Assembly: GCA_050309605.1 (NCBI GenBank)
Contig: JBNRMN010000066.1
Span: 1-45,341, forward strand
Direction: 5' to 3'
DNA: 45,341 bases
DNA from: Anaerohalosphaeraceae bacterium
GTDB taxonomy: Bacteria; Planctomycetota; Phycisphaerae; Sedimentisphaerales; Anaerohalosphaeraceae
Below, one piece after another: positions 8,623 to 18,083 of this stretch (the stretch's first letter is position 1; each line of letters opens with the position of its first letter). The translations under genes and the position numbers were made by a program. Under the pieces are notes generated by a model that was given only the letters and a program-made list of their open reading frames with translations, did not search any database and was not told the origin of the DNA.

Positions 8623-9368
8623 TTTCGATTCTGTTCCATAACGTATTTTGCCATTTTCGGCGGACGACCGAGCAGCTCGGTGAAGTGATAAATCAGCACC
8701 CGTTCCGCCTCGGCCGCCACAGCCGGCGGCGTGTTGTCAAGCGGAACCGAACGATTCAATGCCGCCACGCAAGCAGCGCTGAGACGGCGTTTGTCGGTAA
8801 AACTCGGCTCACAGCCGGGACAGAGCAACCCGTTGGCGGCACTGCTGAAATACAGATCTTTCGGCGTCGTGGTAACGGCCAGACCGCAATTGACACACGC
8901 ATCCAGTACCGGCGCGATACCGACCTCGGCCAGCAGCGTCAATTGATAGTCCATCAGCACGGCCATCACACGTGCTGCGCTATCGCACTGCTCAAGACGC
9001 TCCAGCGCAACAACCAGCGCATCAAACAAGGCCGGGTGCGGATCGTACTCGCGACAGAACGCCTCGGTCAACTCCAGTGCAAACAGTCCCGCATACATCG
9101 CCGTCAGATGCGAATGCAGCAGGCGAAACCGCGGTATGCGAACCAACTCGGTCAACGTGGCCAGCGTGTCTGTCGGCGAGGCGATAAACATCACCTGCCC
9201 GAAGGCAAACGGCTCAATCGCGCCCTCAAAGGCGGACTTGGGACGCCGCGAGCCTTTGGCCATGGCGGCAATCTTGCCGTGTTCGCGCGTCAGCAAGGTA
9301 ACGACCTGTGAGGTCTCGGAATAATTCACCCCGCGCAGGGCCACCGCTGTATCTTTAATCTTTGTCAT
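8619..9368 (-). CDS. recO: DNA repair protein RecO
   Basis: YSETSQVVTLLTREHGKIAAMAKGSRRPKS N-terminus and a CVNC…CPGC zinc finger. Confidence 0.93.
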   Translation of the reverse strand: MTKIKDTAVALRGVNYSETSQVVTLLTREHGKIAAMAKGSRRPKSAFEGAIEPFAFGQVMFIASPTDTLATLTELVRIPRFRLLHSHLTAMYAGLFALELTEAFCREYDPHPALFDALVVALERLEQCDSAARVMAVLMDYQLTLLAEVGIAPVLDACVNCGLAVTTTPKDLYFSSAANGLLCPGCEPSFTDKRRLSAACVAALNRSVPLDNTPPAVAAEAERVLIYHFTELLGRPPKMAKYVMEQNRK

Positions 9369-9378
9369 ACGGACACGT

Positions 9379-10644
9379 TCAGCCGGTCTTCTTTTCCGGC
9401 GTCAGTTTGCGGATACGAAGCCGTTTGATGCTGCGCGGGCCGGCGGCTTTAATGGTAAACGCCAAATCTTGATACACAAAGGACTCGCCGGCCTTGGGGA
9501 TATAGCCCAGATGCGAGAACACAAATCCGCCGACGGTGTCGTAATCTTCCTCGTCCGGCAGGTCGATTTTCAACTTGTCATTGACATCGTCAATGTACAT
9601 CCGAGCGTCCACTTCATAGGTCGTCTCATCCAGCTTGCGGAACGATTCACTGACGGGCTTTTCATATTCGTCGGCAATTTCGCCCACGAGTTCTTCAAGA
9701 ATATCCTCAATCGTCACGATGCCCGCTGTCCCGCCGTATTCATCAAGCACGACGGCAAAATGCAGCTTTTGATTCTGGAATTCGTGCAGCAGATCGCGCA
9801 GCGGCTTGCTTTCGGGCACAAAGTACGCCGGACGCATCCGTTCGCGCACACAAAAGGCCGCCTCGTCTTTGCCGATCTCATCCAGCAGATCCTTGGCGTA
9901 AATCAGTCCCACGATGTTGTCAATCGTACCCTCATAGACCGGCAATCGCGAGTGTCCTTCGCGCCGAATGACTTCCAGCACCGTCGGCAAATCGGCCTCG
10001 ACGCTGACGGCGATCAGGTCGGTTCGCGGCGTCATAATCTCATCGGCCGTAGTCTCATCCAGTTCAAGCACATTTTCAATCATCTCCAGCTCTTCTTCAT
10101 CGACGACGCCTTCCAGCCGGCCCTGCTCGACGAAACTGAGAATTTCTTCCTGTCGTTCTTCCTGCTCCTGTTCGGGATCGGCCACCGGCACCCCCGCCAG
10201 TCGGCGCACCAGTCGATCATGCAGGGAAACAACAGACAACACCGGACGCATCAGCCACATCAGCAGCTTCAGCAGTCCCCACGTTCGGGGCAGAATGGAC
10301 TCGCCGGCGTGCTTGGCCCAAGCGTGGGGGATGATGAGATTAAAGATTTCCAGGATCGCCAGTGCCGCCAGAAAGGTCAACAAGTAATGACGGTCGGCCA
10401 GCCATCGGGCCAGCAGCAGAATAATCGCGGCATTGGCCGCGACGCGAAAAAAACCGCACGTCAGCGTCATCGGCTCAACATCGCGCAAGAACTGTTCAAG
10501 CATTTCTTCGCGGCCAACCCGGCGAAACCCCTCCTGCAATTTCATCCGCGAACAGGAAGCCAGCGCCACTTTATGCAGTGCAAAAAACAACGAAACAAGT
10601 GTCAATCCACACATCAGGACAATCGACCAACCCACGTCGTCCAC
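9379..10644 (-). CDS. HlyC/CorC (CNNM/DUF21-CBS-CorC_HlyC) family membrane protein
   Basis: N-terminal TM helices; IMTPRTD, HSRLPVY, VLDEYGGTAGIVTIEDILEELVGEI and DYDTVGG motifs. Confidence 0.93.
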   Translation of the reverse strand: MDDVGWSIVLMCGLTLVSLFFALHKVALASCSRMKLQEGFRRVGREEMLEQFLRDVEPMTLTCGFFRVAANAAIILLLARWLADRHYLLTFLAALAILEIFNLIIPHAWAKHAGESILPRTWGLLKLLMWLMRPVLSVVSLHDRLVRRLAGVPVADPEQEQEERQEEILSFVEQGRLEGVVDEEELEMIENVLELDETTADEIMTPRTDLIAVSVEADLPTVLEVIRREGHSRLPVYEGTIDNIVGLIYAKDLLDEIGKDEAAFCVRERMRPAYFVPESKPLRDLLHEFQNQKLHFAVVLDEYGGTAGIVTIEDILEELVGEIADEYEKPVSESFRKLDETTYEVDARMYIDDVNDKLKIDLPDEEDYDTVGGFVFSHLGYIPKAGESFVYQDLAFTIKAAGPRSIKRLRIRKLTPEKKTG

Positions 10645-10712
10645 GATATTCTTTCCTTTCCATTAAAATCGTTATCCACTCATTGTCGATTCTGTTCGGC
10701 AAAGACCGGAAA

Positions 10713-11195
10713 TCATCCATCCGACTCGGTGTTCTGCTTTCGGCCGTAATAGATACCGCCGAACCCCAGCGTTTCCAAAACGGCCTCTTCGGTCCGGTGC
10801 ATTCGGGCGGCCTCACGGGGCGTGCCGTCGTCAAAGCCCAGATTGTGCAGCAATCCGTGAATCACATACAGCGTCAGTTCCGCTTCGGGACTGTGGCCGC
10901 GCTGCTGAGCCTGCACAACCGCCAATTCCGCGTTGACGATCAGATCAAAAACACACGTCTGTTCAAATTCATCGGTCAAATCAAAACTGATCACGTCGGT
11001 CGTCGTGCTTTGATTCAGAAACCGTTGATGATAGTAACGCATCCGTTCATCGCCGACGATTGTAATCGTCACCGTTGCCGACTCACAGCGATGCCGATGC
11101 AGGACCGCCTCTACCGCTGTTCGCAGCGTTTGAATAACCGTCGGCGGGCACTCAACCTCCGGCTCAAATTGAATATCCCATCGGGGATCGGTCAT
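10713..11195 (-). CDS. ybeY: rRNA maturation endoribonuclease YbeY
   Basis: TDVISF and HGLLHNLGFDD motifs. ATG 11195 overlaps the upstream TGA. Confidence 0.92.
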   Translation of the reverse strand: MTDPRWDIQFEPEVECPPTVIQTLRTAVEAVLHRHRCESATVTITIVGDERMRYYHQRFLNQSTTTDVISFDLTDEFEQTCVFDLIVNAELAVVQAQQRGHSPEAELTLYVIHGLLHNLGFDDGTPREAARMHRTEEAVLETLGFGGIYYGRKQNTESDG

Positions 11196-12754
11196 CAACG
11201 GCTGTCCTGTTCGGCAAGTTTAACCAGATTCTGATCGTTTCCGTTTTTGGTCGCGGTCGGTTCATTGAGTTTGGGGTAAGCGATTCGGCCGTGATGGTGT
11301 GCGGCCAGCGATTTGGACAAACTGGCCTCGATGCGGCTCAGCTCGCGCAGCGTCAGCTCGCACTCGTCAAACTGGCCGTCCTGCAGACGCTTCATCGCAA
11401 TATGATGCACCATCGATTCGACTTTTGTCGGGGCGGCGTCGGTCAGCGTACGGGCGGCGCTTTCGGCCGCATCGGCCAGCATCACAATCGCCGCTTCTTT
11501 GGAACGCGGTTTGGGGCCGGGGTAACGAAACTCCGCCTCGGTCACGGGCGTTTGCCGTTCATCCTGTTTCTTGCGGGCTTCGTTGTAAAAATACTCCATC
11601 AGCGTCGTCCCGTGATGCGTCTCGATGAACTGCCGCAACACCGCCGGCAGCCCGAACTCCTTGGCTATTTCAATGCCGTCTTTGACGTGTCCGACAATCA
11701 CCAACTGGCTCATCGCCGGCGAAAGCTGTTCATGACGACTGGCCAGTCCCATCTGATTTTCCACAAAATAGGTCGGCTTGTTGATCTTGCCGATATCGTG
11801 ATAGTACGCCCCGACACGACACAGCAGACCGTTGGCGCCGATGGCCTCGGCGGCGTTTTCGGCAATCGAACCGATCAATAGACTATGGCTGAATGTGCCC
11901 GGCGCATCCAGTGCCAGCTTGCGCAGCAGCGGCTGGTTGGCGTCGCTGTAGTCCAGCAGCGTCATACTCGTGGCGATACCGAAGGCCGATTCGATAATCG
12001 GCAAAAACGCCTGAAGAATCACACCGACGGCAAACGTCGCCCCGGCGGCGACACCCGATTGAAACAGCGTTTGACGCATCGGCAGGCTTTGAATCACACC
12101 CAGCGCCAAGGCCGTAATGAAAACGGCCAGGGTGGCGAAAAGGGAAACCTCGATGAGTTTTTTGCGGGTGCGAATTTCGCGCAGGCTAAAGCAGCAGACC
12201 ATAATCCCGGCCATCATCGTCAAAAACAACTCCACTGTGGCGATTTGTCCCACGGCAAAACAAGCCAAAATCGCGTAAAACATCGTCATCCCGATGGCAA
12301 ACCGCTGATCGTAAGCAATCGTCAGCACAATCGCACAGGCCACCGCCGTGCCGGTGGCCAGATACATCCATTTTTCCGACAGCGACAAAAACCGCGTCGC
12401 CGTCAACAACAGCCAGAACAGAGACGCCAGTGCTACCGCCCGTATGGGACGGGCGATGATCCGCGGCTGATAGGCGTGAATGTACACCGCCGCGCCGATG
12501 GCGATGATTCCGACGATCACGCCCAATGCGGCGATCTGCGGCCAGGGCCGAAAGACCCTGAATCCCTGGGCGTAAAACTCCTCATGGCCGGTATCCAGAC
12601 CCAGAATCGCCAGCGTTGCGGCGATAAAACACGCCAGAATCAGCAGCCCCGCCGGTATCGAGCTGTTGACCACACTGCTGAGCCGCCCGAATCGCTCCGA
12701 GGCAATCGTCTCACGAACGCGCTGGCGGCGTGCGTTGACTTTTTTCTTGGTCAT
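11195..12754 (-). CDS. 7TM-HD (HDIG) phosphohydrolase, PgpH-like, lacking the large extracellular domain
   Basis: Multiple TM helices followed by APGTFSHS, YYHDIGK, HVKDG, HHGT, FRYPGPKP and MLAD motifs. Sits in the phoH-HD-ybeY neighbourhood. Alternative GTG start at 12760. Confidence 0.9.
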   Translation of the reverse strand: MTKKKVNARRQRVRETIASERFGRLSSVVNSSIPAGLLILACFIAATLAILGLDTGHEEFYAQGFRVFRPWPQIAALGVIVGIIAIGAAVYIHAYQPRIIARPIRAVALASLFWLLLTATRFLSLSEKWMYLATGTAVACAIVLTIAYDQRFAIGMTMFYAILACFAVGQIATVELFLTMMAGIMVCCFSLREIRTRKKLIEVSLFATLAVFITALALGVIQSLPMRQTLFQSGVAAGATFAVGVILQAFLPIIESAFGIATSMTLLDYSDANQPLLRKLALDAPGTFSHSLLIGSIAENAAEAIGANGLLCRVGAYYHDIGKINKPTYFVENQMGLASRHEQLSPAMSQLVIVGHVKDGIEIAKEFGLPAVLRQFIETHHGTTLMEYFYNEARKKQDERQTPVTEAEFRYPGPKPRSKEAAIVMLADAAESAARTLTDAAPTKVESMVHHIAMKRLQDGQFDECELTLRELSRIEASLSKSLAAHHHGRIAYPKLNEPTATKNGNDQNLVKLAEQDSR

Positions 12755-12763
12755 ACCCACACA

Positions 12764-13741
12764 TCAATCCCCACGCTGCGACGGTTTACCGTGCTTCTTA
12801 TCGTCGTAGGCCTGAACGATCTTGTGGACAAGTTTATGGCGAACGATGTCGGCCTTTTCCAGTTCCACCGTACCAATGCCGTCAATGCCGCCGAGTGTTC
12901 GAATTGCATCCACCAATCCGCTGACTTGTCCGTCCTCCAGATCCACCTGCGTGATATCGCCGGTCACAATCATTTTAGACCCGCGTCCCAGCCGCGTCAG
13001 AAACATCAGCATTTGCGAGGTGGAGGTATTTTGCGCCTCATCGCAGATGATGACCGCCTCATTGAGTGTACGGCCGCGCATAAACGCCAGCGGAATGATC
13101 TCGATGATGTCCATTTCCATAAACTTGCGCATCTGGCCGAATTCCATCATATCTTCGAGGCTGTCAAACAGCGGTCGCAGATAGGGATTGACCTTCGCCT
13201 GCAGATCGCCGGGCAGAAAGCCCAGCCGTTCGCCGGCCTCGACCGCCGGACGCGCCAAAACGATCTTTCGAATTTGTTTTTTGCGCAGCATCGACACCGC
13301 CACCGCCACCGCCAGATAGGTCTTGCCGGTACCCGCAGGACCGACGCAAAACGTCAGGTCGTTCTTGAGCATCGTTTCAATGTAGCGAAGCTGTCCCTTG
13401 GTAAACGGTTCAATGACTCCCTTATGGGAATACACCTCGATGACATCGGCTCGAGTCGGGACAATCTGGTTTTCAGACTGGCTCATCAACTCGCGCACGT
13501 CCGACTCACTCAAGACGCCCCGTTCAATCAGCCGCTTTTGCATCCGGTCAATCACATCGGCGGCCAATCGGACCGCGGTCGCCCCGCCGTTCAAAATCAC
13601 CGTGCCGTTGCGCGCGCCGATCTGCACATTGAGCGTCTCGCGAATCAGCCGCAAATGCGCATCGGCCCGGCCGAACAGCTCCTGCCGCTGCGCGTCAGAT
13701 TCCAGTTGTATTTTCAGTTCCAAATAGGTTTCCTGTAACAT
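12764..13741 (-). CDS. phoH: PhoH family ATPase
   Basis: GPAGTGKTYLA, RPAVEAGERLGFLPGD, AFMRGRTL, DEAQN and TGDITQVDL motifs. Confidence 0.96.
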   Translation of the reverse strand: MLQETYLELKIQLESDAQRQELFGRADAHLRLIRETLNVQIGARNGTVILNGGATAVRLAADVIDRMQKRLIERGVLSESDVRELMSQSENQIVPTRADVIEVYSHKGVIEPFTKGQLRYIETMLKNDLTFCVGPAGTGKTYLAVAVAVSMLRKKQIRKIVLARPAVEAGERLGFLPGDLQAKVNPYLRPLFDSLEDMMEFGQMRKFMEMDIIEIIPLAFMRGRTLNEAVIICDEAQNTSTSQMLMFLTRLGRGSKMIVTGDITQVDLEDGQVSGLVDAIRTLGGIDGIGTVELEKADIVRHKLVHKIVQAYDDKKHGKPSQRGD

Positions 13742-13745
13742 CCAC

Positions 13746-14606
13746 TTACAATAACCACATCAACACCGCAAAGGCCGCCGGTGCGGTCGCCAGCGGCGAA
13801 TCGATCACATCCAGCAATCCGCCGAAGCCCGGGATGCTGTTGGACGAATCCTTGGCCGCCGCATCGCGTTTAAGCATCGACTCGACCAGATCGCCCAACT
13901 GCCCCAGCACGCCGAACACCGCGCCAAAGGCCACGGCCTGCAAAGGTGTCATTATAGCACAAAAAAACGAAAATCCAAAGGATACCGCCGCCGCAACCGC
14001 CGCCGCACCGGCCAGCCCCTCCCACGTCTTGCCGGGGCTGATACGCGGACAAAGCGTGTGCCTTCCGAACAGCCGACCGAATGCGTAAGCCCCTATATCA
14101 GAAGACTTTATGGTAAAAACAAAGAACAGCAGAACCACTGCGCCGAACTGAATGCGAATCGCAACAATAAAGGCACTGAAAAGTCCTAAATAAATAATCG
14201 AAAAAAATGAGGCCGAGATGTTGCGAATTGTCCCTTCCGTGCCGAATTTCAAGGCCTGAGCCAAAAACAACGACACAAATAATAATATCGGCAAACCCAC
14301 AGCGTAAAGTGCCAATACTGGGCGGGCAAGGTGAAATTGTGTCCAGTAATACGCTATCGAAACCAAAATAGTCGCAGGAATTGTAACGATCTTAAACTGA
14401 TGCGCCCCTGTCTGTTTGATCAGATTTCCCATCTCATACTGCGCTGGAATCACCAGCAGCACAATCAGCAACGTAAAAATCGTCGCCTGAGTCGGCTTTT
14501 CCGGCAGCACATCGCTCAACGAGCCGTCCAGCCAACCGTCCAGCAGCACCAGCCCCACAAAAACAAATATCATTAATGTCCCGAATAACAGGCGATGTCT
14601 GAGCAT
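13746..14606 (-). CDS. cdsA: Phosphatidate cytidylyltransferase
   Basis: SDIGAYAFGRLFG, ISPGKTWEG and GDLVESMLKRDAAAKDS…PGFGGLLDVIDS motifs. Start set at ATG 14606. Confidence 0.93.
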   Translation of the reverse strand: MLRHRLLFGTLMIFVFVGLVLLDGWLDGSLSDVLPEKPTQATIFTLLIVLLVIPAQYEMGNLIKQTGAHQFKIVTIPATILVSIAYYWTQFHLARPVLALYAVGLPILLFVSLFLAQALKFGTEGTIRNISASFFSIIYLGLFSAFIVAIRIQFGAVVLLFFVFTIKSSDIGAYAFGRLFGRHTLCPRISPGKTWEGLAGAAAVAAAVSFGFSFFCAIMTPLQAVAFGAVFGVLGQLGDLVESMLKRDAAAKDSSNSIPGFGGLLDVIDSPLATAPAAFAVLMWLL

Positions 14607-14626
14607 GGCTGCCCCTTCAATGTGTT

Positions 14627-15406
14627 TTAGTGCGGCTTGGCGGCTTTGATATCGCCGAAGCGGCGATTGCGCCCGGCATAGGCCAGCACGGCCTTGTCCA
14701 GTTCTTCCGGCGAAAAATCCGGCCACAGCGTCTCGGTGACGTAAAATTCAGCGTACGAAATTTGCCAGAGCAGAAAATTGCTGATCCGCATCTCGCCGGA
14801 TGTCCGCACGACCAGGTCCGGATCGTTCCAGCCGGCGGTGTTCAAATGGCCGCTGATACAGGCTTCGTCAATCTGCTCCGGCTTGAGGGATCCGTCGCGG
14901 CATTGTTCGGCGATGGCTTTGACGGCATCGGTCATCTCTTCGCGCGCGCCGTAGTTCAGCGCCAGACCCAAAATCATCCCGTCATTGACGCCGGTAATCT
15001 CCATCGTTTCATCCAGGGCATCCAGCAGCATCTGCGGCAAACGCTCGCGCCGGCCCAGATGCAGCAGCCGCACATTGTCCCGCATCAGGTTCGGACGAAT
15101 GCCTTCCAGATACGCCGCGATCAGATGCATCAGGAAGTTGACCTCTTCTTCCGGCCGCTTCCAGTTCTGCATACTGAACGAATACAGGGTCAGATATTCA
15201 ATGCCGATATCGACGCAGTGCTGGGCGACGATCTGGACGGCCTTGCCGCCCTGTTCGTGTCCGCTCATCCGCGGCAGTCCCCGCTGCTGGGCCCAGCGTC
15301 CGTTGCCGTCCATAATAATGGCAATATGCCGCGGGATGGCATCGGAGCTGATGCCCAACCGTTTGGCGGTATCGCGACGCTTGTCTTCAAAATCGGCTTG
15401 GCTCAC
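14627..15406 (-). CDS. uppS: Undecaprenyl diphosphate synthase (isoprenyl transferase)
   Basis: HIAIIMDGNGRWA, FSMQNWKRP, ALNYGAR and RTSGEMRISNFLLWQ motifs. Confidence 0.96.
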   Translation of the reverse strand: MSQADFEDKRRDTAKRLGISSDAIPRHIAIIMDGNGRWAQQRGLPRMSGHEQGGKAVQIVAQHCVDIGIEYLTLYSFSMQNWKRPEEEVNFLMHLIAAYLEGIRPNLMRDNVRLLHLGRRERLPQMLLDALDETMEITGVNDGMILGLALNYGAREEMTDAVKAIAEQCRDGSLKPEQIDEACISGHLNTAGWNDPDLVVRTSGEMRISNFLLWQISYAEFYVTETLWPDFSPEELDKAVLAYAGRNRRFGDIKAAKPH

Positions 15407-15409
15407 GAT

Positions 15410-16687
15410 TCAGTCCCTGTAAATGATTTGGGTGCGTTTGGGGCCGACGCCGAGCATCGTAATCGGTGCGCCGACCAGTCGTTCCACCGTCGCTACATAG
15501 TTTTTGACCGCATCAGGCAAGTCGGCATACCGCTGAATTGCGCTGAGGTCTTCCGCCCAGCCGCCAACGGTTTCATAGACACATTCAGCGCGGCTCAGCC
15601 GATCCGCATCGTTGGGGAAAAACGTGGTTTCTTTGCCGTCAATGCGATAGGCCCGACAAATCTTCAGTTCCTCCAGTCCGGCCAGCGTATCCAGATGCAT
15701 CATAGCGATCTGGTTGATGCCGCCCAGGCGGGTGGTAAACCCAACCGCCACCGCATCGAACCAGCCGCAGCGACGCGGCCGACCGGTCGTGGTGCCATAC
15801 TCGCGACCGCGGTCGCGAATCCATTGGCCGGTCTCGTTGTCCTGCTCGGTCGGAAACGGCCCGGCGCCGACGCGCGTCGTATAAGCCTTGACCACGCCCA
15901 GGAAGGTATCGACCCATTTGCCCGATACGCCGCAGCCGGGTCCCAGCCCCAAGGCGCTGGCGTTGGAGCTGGTTACATACGGGAACGTGCCGTGATCCAG
16001 ATCCAGCAAGGCTCCCTGAGCGCCTTCGAACAGAATGTTTTTCTTCACGTCCAGTGCCGAGTACAAATATTCGGTGGTGTTCACGATATAGCCGGACAAC
16101 GCGTCGCTCCAGCGGCGGCATTTCTCGAAAATATCGGCGGCATTGATGGGCGCGGCGTTATAGAGGGCGCCGAACAGTTTGTTTTTATAGGCGACAATAT
16201 CATCCAGTTTTTCACGCAGTGCGGCTAAATTGCGAAAATCAGCCATTCGCACCGCATAGCTGCGTCCCACCTTATCCGCATAACAGGGGCCGATGCCGCG
16301 GGCGGTCGTGCCGATTTTGTGTTTGCCCAGCGCTTCTTCACGAAGACGGTCTTCCAGCTTGTGGTAGTCCAGCACGACATGGGCATTTTCGCTGATCAGC
16401 AGGCGTCCGTCCAGCGTAATGCCCTTCTCGGCCAGTCCGTCGATTTCCTCCAGCAGCACCTCCGGATCGACCACAACGCCGTTGGCAATGACACAGACCG
16501 TCCCCGGCCGCACCGCACCGGACGGCATCAAGTGCAGCGCAAAACGCGCGTCGCCGATGATGACCGTATGGCCGGCGTTGGCCCCGCCGCCGTACCGCAC
16601 GACAAGGTCGCTTTTTTCGGCCAGAATATCGACCACTTTGCCTTTGCCCTCATCGCCCCATTGCAGACCCACCACGCAGCAATTCAT
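15410..16687 (-). CDS. purA: Adenylosuccinate synthetase
   Basis: QWGDEGKGK, GGANAGHT, IGTTARGIGP, EGAQG and EYGTTTGRPRRCGWFD motifs. Confidence 0.98.
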   Translation of the reverse strand: MNCCVVGLQWGDEGKGKVVDILAEKSDLVVRYGGGANAGHTVIIGDARFALHLMPSGAVRPGTVCVIANGVVVDPEVLLEEIDGLAEKGITLDGRLLISENAHVVLDYHKLEDRLREEALGKHKIGTTARGIGPCYADKVGRSYAVRMADFRNLAALREKLDDIVAYKNKLFGALYNAAPINAADIFEKCRRWSDALSGYIVNTTEYLYSALDVKKNILFEGAQGALLDLDHGTFPYVTSSNASALGLGPGCGVSGKWVDTFLGVVKAYTTRVGAGPFPTEQDNETGQWIRDRGREYGTTTGRPRRCGWFDAVAVGFTTRLGGINQIAMMHLDTLAGLEELKICRAYRIDGKETTFFPNDADRLSRAECVYETVGGWAEDLSAIQRYADLPDAVKNYVATVERLVGAPITMLGVGPKRTQIIYRD

Positions 16688-16765
16688 CGTCTATGTGTTC
16701 CTTTAAGCCTATCGGCGCAAGCCGAGTCCCCGTGTCTTGTTTTATAACTTTTGATTGTCTTGGAT

Positions 16766-17248
16766 TTAACTGATTTTGGCGACGACATGATCCAGCACCG
16801 CCGGCAGATTGTCATACGTACGGTCGCTGAGCTTCAGATCGCGGCTTTGACCCTGCGGGTCTTTATGCGTAATCACAAAAAAGCCTTTGCGATCAAAATG
16901 CGTCTTGTCAATTTTTTCAATAGCGTCGTATTCGATGGTCTTGCCGTCAGCATACAAGGCAGTGTCATCGGCGACAACTTTTTTGTTGCGCACCATAAAA
17001 AAATAAACTGTCACTAAAACTGCCCCTATTAAGAAAAAGGGAGGCGAATAACGGTTAAAGTTCATTGTACCACTCGGCACGCCGTCATTTTGAATTACAT
17101 GCTCTTCGTAAAAACTATACCTTCCCGACCATTCATACTGACTAAGGTACCCGTCATATGCAAATATAATGGTTGCAATTGTCAGCATTCCAATCATGAT
17201 GAAAAGATTGTGTTTTTTGTAACGACTCAGGGGCGCTTCGATGTTCAT
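16766..17248 (-). CDS. Hypothetical membrane protein (two TM helices plus a C-terminal PH-like beta domain)
   Basis: ATG 17248 preceded by AGGAAGG. Two hydrophobic segments. In operon orientation. The PH-like fold is inference. Confidence 0.75.
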   Translation of the reverse strand: MNIEAPLSRYKKHNLFIMIGMLTIATIIFAYDGYLSQYEWSGRYSFYEEHVIQNDGVPSGTMNFNRYSPPFFLIGAVLVTVYFFMVRNKKVVADDTALYADGKTIEYDAIEKIDKTHFDRKGFFVITHKDPQGQSRDLKLSDRTYDNLPAVLDHVVAKIS

Positions 17249-17270
17249 GGTTTTCCTTCCTGAAAAGGCC

Positions 17271-18023
17271 TTATCGTCTTTGCGCAATGGCGTTATTGAT
17301 CGGCTGCACAAAACAGGGAATGATCTTATCAAACATCATCGCTTCGGCCAGCCGACACTGCTCCAGAAACGCCTGAGCGGTCTTAAAGCCCGGTCGGGGC
17401 AGCGGATACTGTCGAACCGTAAAGTACAAACTGATCGGCTCTTCGGATTTGTACTTTTCATTGCGCACGTCGAAGGCGGTCGTGCGGGATTCGACCGCCA
17501 CCCGCGCCTGCTGACGGCAGTCCTCTGACAACGACACAATAAACGACGGACAGCACCCGATGGAGCGCGTGCCCGGCATCTCCAGCAACGCAGCAAAACT
17601 CGACCCGCCCAGCAGCGCATCGGCGATGACCTCATCATGATTGCCCTGATAATCAAAGTCCATCGAGAAGGTCACGTCCAGCGAATCAATATCCAGCGGA
17701 CTGACCCCAAGCATATAGGGAATCAGTTCAAGCACCGCAACCTGAAAACCGTAGGCGTCTTTGAGATTCTGCGGCTCGGCCCAACCGGCGACGATGCGGT
17801 CCAGCTCCAGGCTGACCCAGCGCACACGCTGGGCCTGCTCTTCCTGCTCGAGCGAATATTCGCCGGTTTCGCGACGAAGAAAATTGCTCATTTGAGGAAA
17901 TTGCTTCTGTATCCTCTCGAAAAAAGCAAGAATAGTGTCGCGCTGCGTCGGCAGATCGAGCTGCGTATTGACACACATCTCCACATAAAAGTCGTCACAA
18001 AACGACCCGAAACTGTTGGTCAT
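17271..18023 (-). CDS. Conserved hypothetical protein
   Basis: 250-aa ORF with a GGAG RBS and globular composition. The motifs DDFYV…LDLP…FFERIQKQFP and DFDYQGNHDEVIADAL resemble a family I recall from planctomycetes. Confidence 0.8.
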   Translation of the reverse strand: MTNSFGSFCDDFYVEMCVNTQLDLPTQRDTILAFFERIQKQFPQMSNFLRRETGEYSLEQEEQAQRVRWVSLELDRIVAGWAEPQNLKDAYGFQVAVLELIPYMLGVSPLDIDSLDVTFSMDFDYQGNHDEVIADALLGGSSFAALLEMPGTRSIGCCPSFIVSLSEDCRQQARVAVESRTTAFDVRNEKYKSEEPISLYFTVRQYPLPRPGFKTAQAFLEQCRLAEAMMFDKIIPCFVQPINNAIAQRR

Positions 18024-18083
18024 AAGTCGTACTCCACTATTACTTCACCACAACGCCCCTATTGTCTCATAATCGCAGTGCAA

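Noticed and set aside
11885..13738. 617-aa plus-strand ORF
   Set aside because: Antisense shadow of phoH and the HD gene, with no recognisable motifs. Long antisense frames are expected from GC-rich codon usage.
14100..14430. AT-rich patches inside cdsA and the 16766-17248 gene as signs of foreign DNA
   Set aside because: They coincide largely with Phe/Ile/Leu-rich TM segments, which explains much of the bias. The frames are intact.
14630..16228. 532-aa plus-strand ORF (similarly 9469-10749, 25367-26449, 33754-34908, 37992-38894 and 40967-41959)
   Set aside because: All lie antisense to well-supported housekeeping genes and have no independent coding evidence.
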